Shown here: piece by piece, positions 41,578-52,264 of the stretch | Numbering within the stretch: position 1 is the stretch's first letter | How the letters are laid out: the number at the start of each line of letters is the position of its first letter | Assembly (NCBI GenBank): GCA_026129305.1 | Contig: JAHCII010000001.1 | Location: forward strand, 26,270-90,269 | Source: Anaerolineales bacterium | GTDB taxonomy: Bacteria; Chloroflexota; Anaerolineae; Anaerolineales; UBA11579 | Direction of reading: 5' to 3' | Length of the DNA: 64,000 nt | Notes under the pieces: model-generated | What the model saw: only the letters and a program-made list of their open reading frames with translations | Database searches by the model: none | Told to the model about the DNA's origin: nothing | Made by a program: the position numbers and the translations under genes

Positions 41578-44124
41578 ATGTACCGTAATCGCATTTTGGC
41601 GCTGTTCAGTGGCCTGATTATCCTCAGCCTGCTGTTGGGCGCCTGCGCGGCTCCTGCTCCGGCAGCGACCGAGGTTGCGACCGAAGATGATGTTGCAACC
41701 GAAGAAGCGACCGAAGAGGCCGCTCCCCAGACCACCCGCCGTGGTGGCTGGCTGGATGAGATCGGCATGAAGGTTGTTGGCGCCGACTCCGCGATCACCC
41801 AGATCGCGGCTGGCGACATCGACATCTACACGTCGAACCTGTCCCGCCCCCAGGACGTTCAGGCTTCTGACGCCGCTGGTTTGGAGCGCTCGTTCCAGTA
41901 TGGTATCTACTACGAGCTGACCTTCAATCCCGCGGAGTTCTCGACCGGCGTCTACAACCCGTTCACCAACCAGGCCATCCGCAAGGCCATGAACAACCTG
42001 ATTGACCGCGACTACATCAACCAGGAAGTTTATGGCGGCTTGGGCACGCCGAAGTTCTTCTCGTTCGTGTCCGCCTTCCCGGATTATGCCCGCCACGTGG
42101 ACGTGATCCGTGGTCTGGAAGCTGACCTGGCTTACGACCCGGCCCGCGCCGAAGCGGAAATCTCCGCTGCGCTGGAAGCCGATGGCGCTGAACTGGTCAA
42201 TGGTGTGTGGAGCCACAGTGGCGCCCCGCTGAACCTGATCTTCCTGATCCGCAGCGACTCCGACGGCACCCGCGTGCCGGTGGGCGATTATGTCGCCAAC
42301 CAGCTCGAGTCGATCGGTTTCGAAGTGACCCGCCAGTACGGCACCTCCTCGGAGTTGGCCGCCCTGTGGGTAAGCGGTAACGCCGCTGACGGCCTGTGGC
42401 ACATCTACACCGGTGCCTGGGGCGTGGGTGGTATCACCCGCGACGATGCTGGCGACTTCCAGTTCTTCGATTCTCCGGACAGCGCTTACGGCTTCACCAC
42501 CCTGTGGCAGTCGTTTGGCAACCACATCGATCCTGAGTATCAGGCCCTGGCGAATGACCTGGCCAATGCTGCTTACTCCAACCTGGATGAGCGCAAGGAA
42601 ATGGTGGGCCGCGCCCTGCAGTACTCTGCTGAGCACGCTTTCCATGTCTGGTTGATCGACGGTCAGGCCTTCAGCCCCTGGCAGCCGAACGTCTCCGTGG
42701 CGTTCGACTTGGCCGCTGGTGTGGACATCAACCCCCTGACCACCTTCACCCTGCGCTTCGATGATCGCGAGGGCGGCACCCTGCAGTGGGGTACCCCTGA
42801 CCTGTTCGTCGAGCCCGCCAACCCGATTGGTGGTAGCAACTGGACCTACGACAACCAATGGCAGCTGCTAACGCGTGACTCCGCTGTGTTGCTGAACCCG
42901 CACACCGGTATCCCGCTGCCGCAGCGCATTGCTGGCGCTGAGGTTTACGCTCAGGAAGGTCTGCCCATCGGCACCACCTATGACTGGGTCGACCTGAGCT
43001 TCGTGGATGGCAATGAAGTCCCGGCTGAGGCCTGGATCGATTGGGATCCCGTTGCTGAAACCTTCATCACCGTGGGTGAGGCTTACCCGGATGGTCTGTC
43101 CTCCCTGATCAAGACCGTGGTGACCTACCCCTCCGAACTGTATGACCGCACCTGGCACGATGGCAGCCCGATGACCGTGGCTGACTTCATCATGCCGGCG
43201 ATCATGACCTTTGCCACCGGCACCGAGGGCAGCAGCATCTACGATGAAGCTGCCGCTGGCGGCCTGGCTGCCTTCAAGGGCGGCTTCAAGGGTTGGAACA
43301 TCACCTCCACCGATCCTCTGACGATTGAGTACTACACCGATGTGTGGACTCAGGACGCTGAGCTGATCGCTGGCGCCGGCGCCGCCACCCTGTGGCCGGA
43401 ATACGGCTACGGCAACTCTGGCTGGCACGCGATCGCTGCTGCCAACCTGGCTGAAGCCGCTGGCGACCTGGCCTACACGCCTGACAAGGCTGTGGTTCAG
43501 GAAACCGAGCAGACCAACTTTGTGGGTGGCCCCAGCCTGGAAATCCTGGCTGGCTACCTGCAGCAGGCTGCTGACGAAGGCTACGTGCCTTTCGCCGCCG
43601 TCTTGGGTGATTACATCACCGCTGACGAGGCGAGCGCCCGCTACAACAACCTGCTCGGCTTCTACGCCGACCATGGCCATGTGTGGGCGGGTGTCGGTCC
43701 GTACATCCTGGATCAGGCCTTCTTGGTAGAGAAGACCGCCGTCCTGGTGCACAACGCCGACTACACTGACTTGGCTGACAAATGGTCCTCCTTCGCTGCG
43801 CCGAAGGTTGCCACCACTGAGATCGATGGTTCCGCCCGCGTCACCGTGGGTGAGGAAGCCACCTTCGATGTGTTGGTCTCCTTTGCTGGTGATGCGTACC
43901 CGGCCAACGAGATCAGCAGCGTCAGCTACCTGCTGTACGACGCTGAGGGTGCCTTGGTTGAGACTGGCGAAGCCACTCCGGTTGCTGATGGTCATTACAC
44001 CGTCACCCTGAGCGGCGCCTCCACCTCCGCCCTGGGCGCTGGCTCCAACAAGCTCGAAGTGGCTGTTGTGGTCATCCCGGTCAGCATCCCGGCCTTTGCC
44101 ACCTTCGACTTCGTGACCGAGTAA
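41578..44124 (+). CDS. Family-5 (peptide/nickel-type) ABC substrate-binding lipoprotein, unusually large (~848 aa)
   Basis: Lipobox 'LLLGACA' is present and SBP_bac_5-like sequence runs throughout. There is a C-terminal Ig-like extension. ATG 41578 follows GGAGGA. Confidence 0.8.
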   Translation: MYRNRILALFSGLIILSLLLGACAAPAPAATEVATEDDVATEEATEEAAPQTTRRGGWLDEIGMKVVGADSAITQIAAGDIDIYTSNLSRPQDVQASDAAGLERSFQYGIYYELTFNPAEFSTGVYNPFTNQAIRKAMNNLIDRDYINQEVYGGLGTPKFFSFVSAFPDYARHVDVIRGLEADLAYDPARAEAEISAALEADGAELVNGVWSHSGAPLNLIFLIRSDSDGTRVPVGDYVANQLESIGFEVTRQYGTSSELAALWVSGNAADGLWHIYTGAWGVGGITRDDAGDFQFFDSPDSAYGFTTLWQSFGNHIDPEYQALANDLANAAYSNLDERKEMVGRALQYSAEHAFHVWLIDGQAFSPWQPNVSVAFDLAAGVDINPLTTFTLRFDDREGGTLQWGTPDLFVEPANPIGGSNWTYDNQWQLLTRDSAVLLNPHTGIPLPQRIAGAEVYAQEGLPIGTTYDWVDLSFVDGNEVPAEAWIDWDPVAETFITVGEAYPDGLSSLIKTVVTYPSELYDRTWHDGSPMTVADFIMPAIMTFATGTEGSSIYDEAAAGGLAAFKGGFKGWNITSTDPLTIEYYTDVWTQDAELIAGAGAATLWPEYGYGNSGWHAIAAANLAEAAGDLAYTPDKAVVQETEQTNFVGGPSLEILAGYLQQAADEGYVPFAAVLGDYITADEASARYNNLLGFYADHGHVWAGVGPYILDQAFLVEKTAVLVHNADYTDLADKWSSFAAPKVATTEIDGSARVTVGEEATFDVLVSFAGDAYPANEISSVSYLLYDAEGALVETGEATPVADGHYTVTLSGASTSALGAGSNKLEVAVVVIPVSIPAFATFDFVTE

Positions 44125-44153
44125 TTCACGAACTAGAAGCGTAAAAGCCAAAC

Positions 44154-44188
44154 AAAGAGGCAGGGCGAACGCCCTGCCTCTTTTGTTT
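44154..44188 (+). terminator. Rho-independent terminator or attenuator after the binding-protein gene
   Basis: AAAGAGGCAGGGCG-aa-CGCCCTGCCTCTTTTGTTT. Confidence 0.85.
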
Positions 44189-44278
44189 AACCCACCGAAT
44201 CATTTCTCATTGTGCAAATGTTGTTTTTTGGTATGATTGATTATCTGCCCCCTTACCACGGAGCAAGGAGAGATCTCT

Positions 44279-45421
44279 ATGAGCGTTGATGTGACAAGCC
44301 TCGAGGCTCAGCCAGGCGCACCTCAAGAACAAGTGACAAAGAAGGGGTCTGGCCGAGCAAGCACTCTGGTACGCGTTACCAAATACACCGCAGTTAAGAC
44401 GATCACGTTGTTTATTAGTGTGGTGATTGCCGTATACCTAACCATACTTATCGCGAATATGGGCGGTTATGTGGACCAGATCGTACGCGGTCAAATCCGC
44501 GAGTTCATCGGCCAGCAGTTGCGCGCCAACCAAGAATACCAATTGATGGACCCTGCTGAAAAGAATGCTTTCTTTCTGAGCCAAGTGGAACGTGCTGAAA
44601 AACGCTATGGCCTCGACCGCCCCTTTGCCGTCCGCAGCCTGGCGTTTCTGTGGAATGCGATTCGCATGGATTTCGGCACCGCGCAGCTGATGTCGAGCGA
44701 TACCGGCTCCCGGCAGGTGAGTTTGATCATTCTAGACCGGCTTGGGCCTACTTTGTTACTGCTGGGAGCATCCAATCTGATACTTTTCTTCGTAAGTATT
44801 GGCTTGGCCCTGGCGCTCTCAAGGTCTTATGGCAATATCTGGGACAAGCTGATCATCGCTTTCTCGCCCACCTCGTCTGCCCCATCGTGGTTTTACGGGC
44901 TTTTCCTCATTCTGCTTTTCGCGGCTGTCCTCAAGTGGTTGCCGTTTGGTGGCATGATCGATTCGCCGCCGCCGCGCGATCAGTTGGGGTATGCGCTGAA
45001 TGTAGCCAAGCACTTGATCCTACCGACTGCGGCGATCATCACCAGCTCCATTTTTATCAGTATTTACAATTGGCGCACCTTCTTCCTGATCTACTCCAGT
45101 GAAGACTACGTGGAAATGGCCAAGGCCAAAGGCCTCGGCGATCGAGATATCCAAAACCGCTACATCCTGCGGCCGACTTTGCCGACGATCATCACCAGCT
45201 TTGCCTTGTTGGTGATCTCGCTTTGGACCGGTCTGATCCTGACCGAGGGTGTATTCCAGTGGCCCGGTTTGGGGCGCACATACATCACCGCCATCGGCCT
45301 GTACGACACGCCAGTGATCGTAGCGATTACGATTATTTACGCTTATTTACTGGCGCTGACCGTATTCTTGCTGGATTTTGTGTACGCTCTGGTAGACCCT
45401 CGGGTCAAAATCGGCGATTAA
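44279..45421 (+). CDS. ABC transporter permease (DppB/OppB-like)
   Basis: EAA-type loop 'YVEMAKAKGLGDRDIQNRYILRPTL'. ATG 44279 follows AAGGAGAG. Confidence 0.88.
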   Translation: MSVDVTSLEAQPGAPQEQVTKKGSGRASTLVRVTKYTAVKTITLFISVVIAVYLTILIANMGGYVDQIVRGQIREFIGQQLRANQEYQLMDPAEKNAFFLSQVERAEKRYGLDRPFAVRSLAFLWNAIRMDFGTAQLMSSDTGSRQVSLIILDRLGPTLLLLGASNLILFFVSIGLALALSRSYGNIWDKLIIAFSPTSSAPSWFYGLFLILLFAAVLKWLPFGGMIDSPPPRDQLGYALNVAKHLILPTAAIITSSIFISIYNWRTFFLIYSSEDYVEMAKAKGLGDRDIQNRYILRPTLPTIITSFALLVISLWTGLILTEGVFQWPGLGRTYITAIGLYDTPVIVAITIIYAYLLALTVFLLDFVYALVDPRVKIGD

Positions 45422-45452
45422 AAAAAGACAAACAAGGTAAGGTGCCTATTCC

Positions 45453-46799
45453 ATGGAAGGTTTACGCAACGGTTTTAAACAGCTGATCAAATACCCCTCA
45501 GCGCTGATTGGGCTGATCTTGATCGCGCTGCTCGTGCTCACTTCGATCTTGACGGTGATCTTCATTCCGCGCAACGAAGCGATTCGTCTGTGGCGCGGCG
45601 GCGAGGCGATCTGGGGCCACAACCCCAAGACGGCCCCACCCGCCTGGACCAATATCTTCCGCTCCAAGAAATTGCCGGAAACCATCCTCCTTAACCCCAG
45701 CAGCCCTAATGTCGAGAGCCAGGTTTCTGAGCGTGCTACGGGTGAAGCCTTGCTGGTGACCTATGCCTTTGATTACACAGCAGATGAGGCGCCCCAAGAT
45801 ATCGTCTTCAACTTTAGCGCAAGCTTTAAGAGCCGCAATCCCTTTGTAAGCATCTTCTGGATCACCCCGGATGGCCGGGAAATCCGTCTGATCGAACAAG
45901 GCATCAACTACAACACCACTTACCGTGTGGTGCAAGATACCAAGCTTCAACGACGCTTGGGTGGATTAAGTCCTGAGATCGGTCTCTTCGATAATCCTGA
46001 AACCGAAGCGGTAGATGTGCTCAAAGGCACTTATCAGATCGTGATCGACGGCATCAGCTTTGAAGAAGGCTCGCAGATCACCAGATCTGACGTGGTCCTG
46101 CACGGCAAGGTGCATGGCCTCTTCGGCACGGACAACCAGCGCCGCGACCTGACCATCGCCATCTTGTGGGGCACCCCCATCGCTTTGGCTTTCGGTCTGG
46201 TGGCTTCTTTCGGCACTTCGATTTTCTCGATGATCTTTGCCGCCATCGGCGTGTGGTTTGGCGGATGGGTGGACGAATTGATCCAGCGCATTACTGAGAT
46301 CAGCATCAATATGCCCCTGCTCAGCATCCTGATCATGATCGGCACCTTTTACTCTCGCAGTATTTGGGTGATTCTGGTCGTAACTGTGGCTCTAAATATC
46401 TTCAGCGGGGCGATTAAGAGTTATCGCGCCATCTTTTTGCAAGTCAAAGAGGCGCCTTACATTGAGGCGGCCAAGACCTACGGCGCCAGCAGTGGCCGCA
46501 TCATCTTCAGCTACATGATCCCGCGAGTCACCCCCCTGCTGATCCCGGGGTTGGTACTGGGCGTGCCCACCTTCGTATTCCTGGAAGCCACGCTGGCGGC
46601 GCTGAACCTGGGCGATCCGGTGCTGCCCACTTGGGGCAAAGTGATCTACGATGCCTGGCAAACGGGCGGCGCGGTGTACAACGGCTTTTACTACTGGATC
46701 CTGGAGCCGGCAGCCCTGCTGATTGTGACCGGTCTGGCTTTTGCCATGGTAGGTTTTGCCATGGACCGGGTCTTCAATCCCCGCCTGCGGGATATTTAA
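45453..46799 (+). CDS. ABC transporter permease (DppC/OppC-like) with a long extracytoplasmic loop after TM1
   Basis: 'YIEAAKTYGASSGRIIFSYMIPR' matches the family. About 190 aa separate TM1 from TM2. Confidence 0.88.
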   Translation: MEGLRNGFKQLIKYPSALIGLILIALLVLTSILTVIFIPRNEAIRLWRGGEAIWGHNPKTAPPAWTNIFRSKKLPETILLNPSSPNVESQVSERATGEALLVTYAFDYTADEAPQDIVFNFSASFKSRNPFVSIFWITPDGREIRLIEQGINYNTTYRVVQDTKLQRRLGGLSPEIGLFDNPETEAVDVLKGTYQIVIDGISFEEGSQITRSDVVLHGKVHGLFGTDNQRRDLTIAILWGTPIALAFGLVASFGTSIFSMIFAAIGVWFGGWVDELIQRITEISINMPLLSILIMIGTFYSRSIWVILVVTVALNIFSGAIKSYRAIFLQVKEAPYIEAAKTYGASSGRIIFSYMIPRVTPLLIPGLVLGVPTFVFLEATLAALNLGDPVLPTWGKVIYDAWQTGGAVYNGFYYWILEPAALLIVTGLAFAMVGFAMDRVFNPRLRDI

Positions 46800-46829
46800 T
46801 CCTTTCAATAAGAAAGAACACTATCGCAC

Positions 46830-47810
46830 ATGAAGAACGACGTACTACTCGATGTAGAGAACTTGAAACTGTTTTTTCGCACCTCTAAAGGGATCGTGCA
46901 GGCCGTGGATGGCGTCGATTTCCAGATGCCGTCCAACCAGGCTGTGGTGGTCATCGGCGAATCGGGTTGCGGCAAGACCTCTTTTGCCAAAGCGCTGTTA
47001 CGCCTTACCCCCCGCAACATTCATGAATACAGCGGGCATGTGCGCCTCAATGGCATGGACACCATGGCTTTGGACGACGAAGCTTTCCGCGAAGATGTGC
47101 GCTGGGTCAAGATCTCGATGGTGCCGCAAGCGGCCATGAATTCGCTGAACCCGGTGCTAAAGGTGGGTGACCAGGTAGCCGAGCCACTCATCATCCACAT
47201 GGGGATGAGTCAAAAAAACGCTTTAGAGACCGCCAAAGAAATGTTCAAGAAGGTGGGCGTTCCTGTGGACTTTCTGGACCGCTACGCTTTCGAGTTGAGC
47301 GGCGGCATGCGCCAACGCGTGGCGATCGCCATGGCACTGGTGACCAACCCGCAACTGGTGGTGCTGGACGAGCCCACCTCGGCGCTGGACCTGCTGACCC
47401 AGGCCAACATCATGAACCTCCTCAAGCGCGTCAAAAAAGAGACGGATGCCAGTTTCATCCTGATCACGCACGACATCGCCACGTCCAGCGAGCTGGCTGA
47501 CCGGGTGGTGGTGATGTACGCCGGGCAGATCGTGGAAGATGCCGATGCCCGGCGCTTCTTCGAGGATCCGCTGCACCCCTATTCACAAAAGCTGATGGCC
47601 AGCGTGCCGCGCCTGCGCGCCACGGTGGAACCGGAATACATCACCGGGCAGCCGCCCAGCCTGATCAACCCGCCCACCGGCTGCCGATTTGCAGCCCGTT
47701 GTACCCAACGTTTTGACAAATGTGATCAAGACCCGCCGCTCTTTGAACAAGAGGGCCGTCAAGTAAAATGCTGGTTGTACGAACCCGGTCGCAAGGAGCG
47801 CAAAAAGTAA
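46830..47810 (+). CDS. ABC transporter ATP-binding protein (DppD/OppD-like)
   Basis: Walker A 'GESGCGKTS', signature 'LSGGMRQRV', Walker B 'LVVLDEPTS', and the C-terminal oligopeptide-type 'PPTGCRFAARC' are present. Confidence 0.93.
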   Translation: MKNDVLLDVENLKLFFRTSKGIVQAVDGVDFQMPSNQAVVVIGESGCGKTSFAKALLRLTPRNIHEYSGHVRLNGMDTMALDDEAFREDVRWVKISMVPQAAMNSLNPVLKVGDQVAEPLIIHMGMSQKNALETAKEMFKKVGVPVDFLDRYAFELSGGMRQRVAIAMALVTNPQLVVLDEPTSALDLLTQANIMNLLKRVKKETDASFILITHDIATSSELADRVVVMYAGQIVEDADARRFFEDPLHPYSQKLMASVPRLRATVEPEYITGQPPSLINPPTGCRFAARCTQRFDKCDQDPPLFEQEGRQVKCWLYEPGRKERKK

Positions 47811-48874
47811 TGGCAACAAAGACAAAGAAGGCGGCCCAGGCCGCCAGCCCAAATGGCAAAGCCAGCGAGACCTTGCTTTCCATCAAAGATCTGCGTGTTT
47901 GGTTTGAACTGCGCCGCTTCGGCTTTGGCAACGCCGGTTATGTACGCGCGGTGGATAACGTGTCCTTTGACTTGCACCAGGGTGAGGCGATCGCCATTGT
48001 GGGCGAAAGTGGCTGCGGTAAATCCAGCCTGATGAAAACCATTCTGGGCATCAACAAGCCCACTGAGGGTTCTATCGTTTTTGAAGGCCGCGATATCAGC
48101 AAGTTCAACCGTGAAGACTTGTCCTGGTACAGCGCCCAGGTGGGCTATGTACAGCAGGACCCCTTTGGTTCGCTGCCGCCTTTCATGACCATCGAGCGCA
48201 TTCTGGAAGAGCCGCTGATCATTCACGGCGTGAATGACAAAGAAGAGCGCATGCGCCGCATTTACAAAGTGATGGAAGAGGTAAAACTGACGCCCCAAGC
48301 GGAGGTGTTGCCCAAATTCCCGCACCAGATCAGCGGCGGCCAGGCGCAGCGCGTGGTGATCGCCCGGGCGATGATTCTGGAGCCCAAGTTGATCGTGGCC
48401 GATGAGCCGGTCTCGATGCTGGATGCCTCTGTGCGCGTGGAGATCTTGAAGTTGCTGCGCGGCCTGCAAGAAAGCCACAACCTGGCAGTCATCTACATCA
48501 CGCATGACCTCTCGACCGTGCGCTACTTCTCTGAGCGCATCTTCGTGATGTATGCTGGCCAGCTGATCGAAAAAGCCAAGATGGGGGCGCTGCTGAAGAA
48601 TGCCCGCCATCCCTATACCCAGGCGCTGTTAGCGGCCACTTCCGACCCGGATGCCGACAATGCCCTGCACTACAAAGATGTACCCCCTGGCGAGCCGCCC
48701 AGCCTGGTGAAACCCCCCACCGGCTGCCGCTTCCACCCGCGCTGCCCCCACTTCATGGAAGGGCTGTGTGATGTGGAAGAGCCCCCGGAAACCCAACCCG
48801 AGAGCAATTACCTAACCTTGTGCTGGCTGTATGACCCAGAGCTTGAGGTAAAACTTGCTGCAGTTAAGCGCTAA
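47810..48874 (+). CDS. ABC transporter ATP-binding protein (DppF/OppF-like)
   Basis: 'GESGCGKSS', 'ISGGQAQRV', 'LIVADEPVS', '[11 protein letters not shown]' are present. The start overlaps the upstream stop as TAATG. Confidence 0.93.
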   Translation: MATKTKKAAQAASPNGKASETLLSIKDLRVWFELRRFGFGNAGYVRAVDNVSFDLHQGEAIAIVGESGCGKSSLMKTILGINKPTEGSIVFEGRDISKFNREDLSWYSAQVGYVQQDPFGSLPPFMTIERILEEPLIIHGVNDKEERMRRIYKVMEEVKLTPQAEVLPKFPHQISGGQAQRVVIARAMILEPKLIVADEPVSMLDASVRVEILKLLRGLQESHNLAVIYITHDLSTVRYFSERIFVMYAGQLIEKAKMGALLKNARHPYTQALLAATSDPDADNALHYKDVPPGEPPSLVKPPTGCRFHPRCPHFMEGLCDVEEPPETQPESNYLTLCWLYDPELEVKLAAVKR

Positions 48875-49097
48875 GCAATATTTGGTCTACGGCTTTCTGA
48901 TGGTCCTGTTTGGATTCGTCATGCCCTACATGTTCGTCCTGGGCATAGTCAAGATCAACTTTTTCTTAGCCTTCTTATCCTACGGCGCTTCGCTGGTTGG
49001 GATGCTTTTTGGCATGATCGGCGTTGCCATGATCGGTGTGCAGCGCATTAAAAAACGAAAAGAAGAAGACTATTACGAAGACCGCGAAGGTCAATAG
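48855..49097 (+). CDS. Small two-TM membrane protein trailing the ABC operon (uncertain start)
   Basis: Hydrophobic stretches 'YLVYGFLMVLFGFVMPYMFVLGIV' and 'FLAFLSYGASLVGMLFGMIGVAMIGV' are followed by a charged tail. Confidence 0.45.
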   Translation: MLQLSAKQYLVYGFLMVLFGFVMPYMFVLGIVKINFFLAFLSYGASLVGMLFGMIGVAMIGVQRIKKRKEEDYYEDREGQ

Positions 49098-49124
49098 AAA
49101 AACGGGCCGATGGCCCGTTTTTTA
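49098..49124. terminator. Bidirectional terminator (ABC operon / rsgA)
   Basis: AAAAACGGGCC-gat-GGCCCGTTTTTT. Confidence 0.9.
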
Positions 49125-50033
49125 TTCCTTGGCGCCCTGGCGCAGAAGTTTGTAGGACTCGTAGCGGGCGGGATGCAAGTCGCCCGTTTCCACGGCAGCG
49201 CGCACCGCACAGCCGGGCTCATCAAAATGATGGCAGCTGCGATACTGACAGTGGTGAATCAGGGCTCGCAATTCAGGGAAATAGCCGTCCAGTTCCTCAG
49301 GTTCAATATCCCAAAGTGCCAGCGCCTTCAAACCCGGTGTGTCGGCCACATAGCCGCCGGCAGCCAGCTTGAACAGCCGGCGTTCCACGGTAGTGTGCTT
49401 GCCCTTGCCTGAACTTTGCTGCACTTCGCCCACGCGCAGGTCCAGGCCGGGTTCCACCAGGTTCATCAGGCTGGATTTGCCCACGCCGGAGGGCCCGGCC
49501 AGCACAGACAGTTTACCGTGCAACAGCTGGCGCAGTTCCTCCACTCCCTGCCCGGTGGCCGCCGAGGCATAGATCAGGCCATAACCCAGGCCGGCGTAAT
49601 GGCCAAACTGCTCTTCGGCGGCTGCCTGGCCAACTACATCGACCTTGTTGGCCACCACTGTGGCGGGGATCTGCTGGGCTTCGGCCACCACCAGAAAACG
49701 GTCCAGCATGCGCAGCCGCGGTTGCGGGTTGGCGCAGGCGAACACGAATAGGGCCTGGTCCGGGTTGGCGACGATGACCTGTTCGTACAGCCCATTGGGG
49801 CGCGGGTCCTGGCGCACCAGCGCCCGGCTGCGCGGTTCGACCGACTCGATCATCGCCTCCACGCCCCCGCCAGGGTGCGAGACCTCCACCCGGTCGCCCA
49901 AGGCGACGATGTCGCCCGTGGCGCGGCCCTTTTTGAGGCGGCCGCGCAGCCGGGCGACAATATGTTCGTCGCCAGTCTCCACTGTGTAGAAACCCGATTG
50001 CGAGCTGACGACCAGACCGTGGCTGATGGTCAT
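49122..50033 (-). CDS. rsgA: Ribosome small-subunit-dependent GTPase A
   Basis: The GTPase motifs are circularly permuted: 'VANKVDV' (G4) precedes 'GPSGVGKSSLMN' (G1). A Zn knuckle 'CQYRSCHHFDEPGC' is present. ATG is at 50033. Confidence 0.93.
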   Translation of the reverse strand: MTISHGLVVSSQSGFYTVETGDEHIVARLRGRLKKGRATGDIVALGDRVEVSHPGGGVEAMIESVEPRSRALVRQDPRPNGLYEQVIVANPDQALFVFACANPQPRLRMLDRFLVVAEAQQIPATVVANKVDVVGQAAAEEQFGHYAGLGYGLIYASAATGQGVEELRQLLHGKLSVLAGPSGVGKSSLMNLVEPGLDLRVGEVQQSSGKGKHTTVERRLFKLAAGGYVADTPGLKALALWDIEPEELDGYFPELRALIHHCQYRSCHHFDEPGCAVRAAVETGDLHPARYESYKLLRQGAKE

Positions 50034-50035
50034 GC

Positions 50036-52264
50036 TTAGGGCGAAGGTGTGATCACTGTGGAACTGTCTGAGCCGGCGGTTTCCGTAGCCTGCGCCTGCA
50101 GGGTTTCGTCGAAGTAGACCGGGTCCAAGACGCCGAAGCTGGTCTCCCACGGATACAAGGTGCCTGGACTACCGAAGAAGTAATAGCTGGCCACACGGCG
50201 CCAGACTGGGGCCGCAAATTCCGAGCCGTCGCCGATGTTCTCGATCAGCACCGCAATCGCAATATCCGGCTGGTTCTGACGGCCGGCATTGGTGTAACCA
50301 ATGAACCAGGCATGCGGATCAAGGCCCTGGCCAGCGGTGGCAGTGCCGGTCTTTCCGTGCACGGGGATACCGAGGCCGGAGAATTGGCGGAAAGCCGTGC
50401 CGCGCGGGTTGGCGGTGACCATGCCCATCGCCGTTTGCAGGTTGGCCAGGGTGTCTCCGCTGATCGGCAGGCTGCCGCGCGCCTGAGGTTCAAAGCTCAA
50501 CAAGGCGGTCCCGTTGGCGTCCACCACGCGGTCCACCAATAGAGGCTGGTAGAGCGTGCCCCCATTGCCCACCGCAGCCGCATAGACCACGGCCTGCAAC
50601 GGCGTGATGGTGGTGGTGCCCTGGCCAAAAGCCTGCTGCACGGCCTGGTTGCGGCCGGTGTCACCGTCTTCGATGCTGGGGGCGGACAGGGTGCCGGCCG
50701 ATTCCGGCACGCCCTGGATGCCGGTCAGGGCCCCCAGGCCAAAGCCGCGCGACATCTCGGTGATGGCGTCTTCCTGGCCGGCGTTGAAGAGATCCAGGCC
50801 GATCTGGTAGTACCAGGGATTGCAGGAGCGCATCAGGCCCTGCAAATAGTTAAGCACACCGTCGGCAGGCAACTCACGCGCCACCGTCCAGTTGTCCAGC
50901 ACGATGCCGGAAAGGCCGAACCACTGCTGGGTGCAGTCCAGGGTGTCCTCCGGCGTGTACAGGCCGCTTTCCAGGCCGGCGGCGAAGGTGATCACCTTGA
51001 AAATAGAGCCTGGAGGATATTGGCCCTGGGTGGCGCGGTTGAAAAAGCGCTGCTGATTGTCCGGGAAGTAATTGTTCCAGAAGCTGTTGGCGTTGTTGGG
51101 GTCTGCCCAGTTTTGGTTGAAGCCGGGAGAGGAGACCATCGCCAAAATGCGGCCGGTGTCGCGCTCCATCACCACGATGGCGCCGCTAAAGTCCTTGATA
51201 GCGTCCTGTGCCTGGCGCTGCAGCTGCACGTCGATGGTGGAGTAGATCGAGGCGGCGGGTTGCGAAGCGGCCTGGGCCAGCTGCGTCACCACGGCGCCGT
51301 TGGGATCCAGTACGTAAAGGGTTCCCCCGCGGGTGCCGGACAAGTATTCCTCTCCCCAAGCTTCCAGCCCCATGCGCCCCACCCAATCATGGCTTTGGTA
51401 GCCCAGTGGGATGTAGGTGGAGATCTCTTCGGCCGGGATGGCGCCGTAAAAGCCCACGGCTTGGGGGGCTGCAGCACCATTAAAGTACAGGCGGGTGTTG
51501 TATTCAAAATAGTAGATCCCGCTCAGGCCTTCCCAGCTGCCGGCCCGCGCTTGAAATTCTTCGCGTGAGACCTCAGCGATCGGCACGTAATAGGGTTCCT
51601 CGCCCTCCTCGGGGAAGAGCAGCGCGCTGACCTCGCCGGCCGGGCGCTGGCCGACGCGGGCCAGTTCAGAGACGACTTGGCTGACATCGTCGTCGGCAAT
51701 GCTCCAGGGAAAGGCGCCCACCGCTACGGCGGTGGTATTGGCCGCGATCGGCTCGCCGTCTCGGTCGTAGATGATGCCGCGGGTCGGCACGCTGCGCTCC
51801 AGGCTAAGCGTGTTGCCGCCGGCCAGCTCCGGCAGAATGATGCGGTCATCCCACACCACCAGCCAGCGATCGCCTTCCAACTCCAGGTCCATCTGCGTAT
51901 CGCGGGTGATGGCGCCCACCACCGCCGAATTCAGTGTCACGCGGTAACCCACCTGGGCCGTGCGCGGGTGGGTCAGCTGTTGCAAAATCTCGTACTGTAC
52001 GCCAAATAGATTGGTTTGGGTGGCGACCATGGCGTAGCGCGCCAGGAAATCTTCTTCAGTGACCGCCGAGCGGCTGGCCGGGGTCAGCATTTGGTACATG
52101 GCAGCGTAATCGCCCTCGTTCCAGGCATCCAGGTAAGCGCGCACGGCCCCCTCAGGGTCTGGCGCAGAGGCCACGCTGATCACCGGCGTGGGCAGTTCTT
52201 GGGCGCCGGGGGCGCCGCAGGCAACCAGCAATAAGGTCAAAAGAAGCAGGTATAGGGGTTTCAT
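50036..52264 (-). CDS. Penicillin-binding protein 2-type transpeptidase with an NTF2-like N-terminal domain
   Basis: SxxK 'GSIFKV', SxN 'RSCN' and 'KTGT' are present, with lipobox-like 'LLVACG'. ATG 52264 overlaps the maf stop as ATGA. Confidence 0.9.
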   Translation of the reverse strand: MKPLYLLLLTLLLVACGAPGAQELPTPVISVASAPDPEGAVRAYLDAWNEGDYAAMYQMLTPASRSAVTEEDFLARYAMVATQTNLFGVQYEILQQLTHPRTAQVGYRVTLNSAVVGAITRDTQMDLELEGDRWLVVWDDRIILPELAGGNTLSLERSVPTRGIIYDRDGEPIAANTTAVAVGAFPWSIADDDVSQVVSELARVGQRPAGEVSALLFPEEGEEPYYVPIAEVSREEFQARAGSWEGLSGIYYFEYNTRLYFNGAAAPQAVGFYGAIPAEEISTYIPLGYQSHDWVGRMGLEAWGEEYLSGTRGGTLYVLDPNGAVVTQLAQAASQPAASIYSTIDVQLQRQAQDAIKDFSGAIVVMERDTGRILAMVSSPGFNQNWADPNNANSFWNNYFPDNQQRFFNRATQGQYPPGSIFKVITFAAGLESGLYTPEDTLDCTQQWFGLSGIVLDNWTVARELPADGVLNYLQGLMRSCNPWYYQIGLDLFNAGQEDAITEMSRGFGLGALTGIQGVPESAGTLSAPSIEDGDTGRNQAVQQAFGQGTTTITPLQAVVYAAAVGNGGTLYQPLLVDRVVDANGTALLSFEPQARGSLPISGDTLANLQTAMGMVTANPRGTAFRQFSGLGIPVHGKTGTATAGQGLDPHAWFIGYTNAGRQNQPDIAIAVLIENIGDGSEFAAPVWRRVASYYFFGSPGTLYPWETSFGVLDPVYFDETLQAQATETAGSDSSTVITPSP

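Noticed and set aside
41428-44151. 476-aa and 427-aa ORFs antisense to the large substrate-binding protein gene
   Set aside because: They are shadow ORFs opposite a gene with a lipobox, an SD and family-5 SBP features. No motifs were found.
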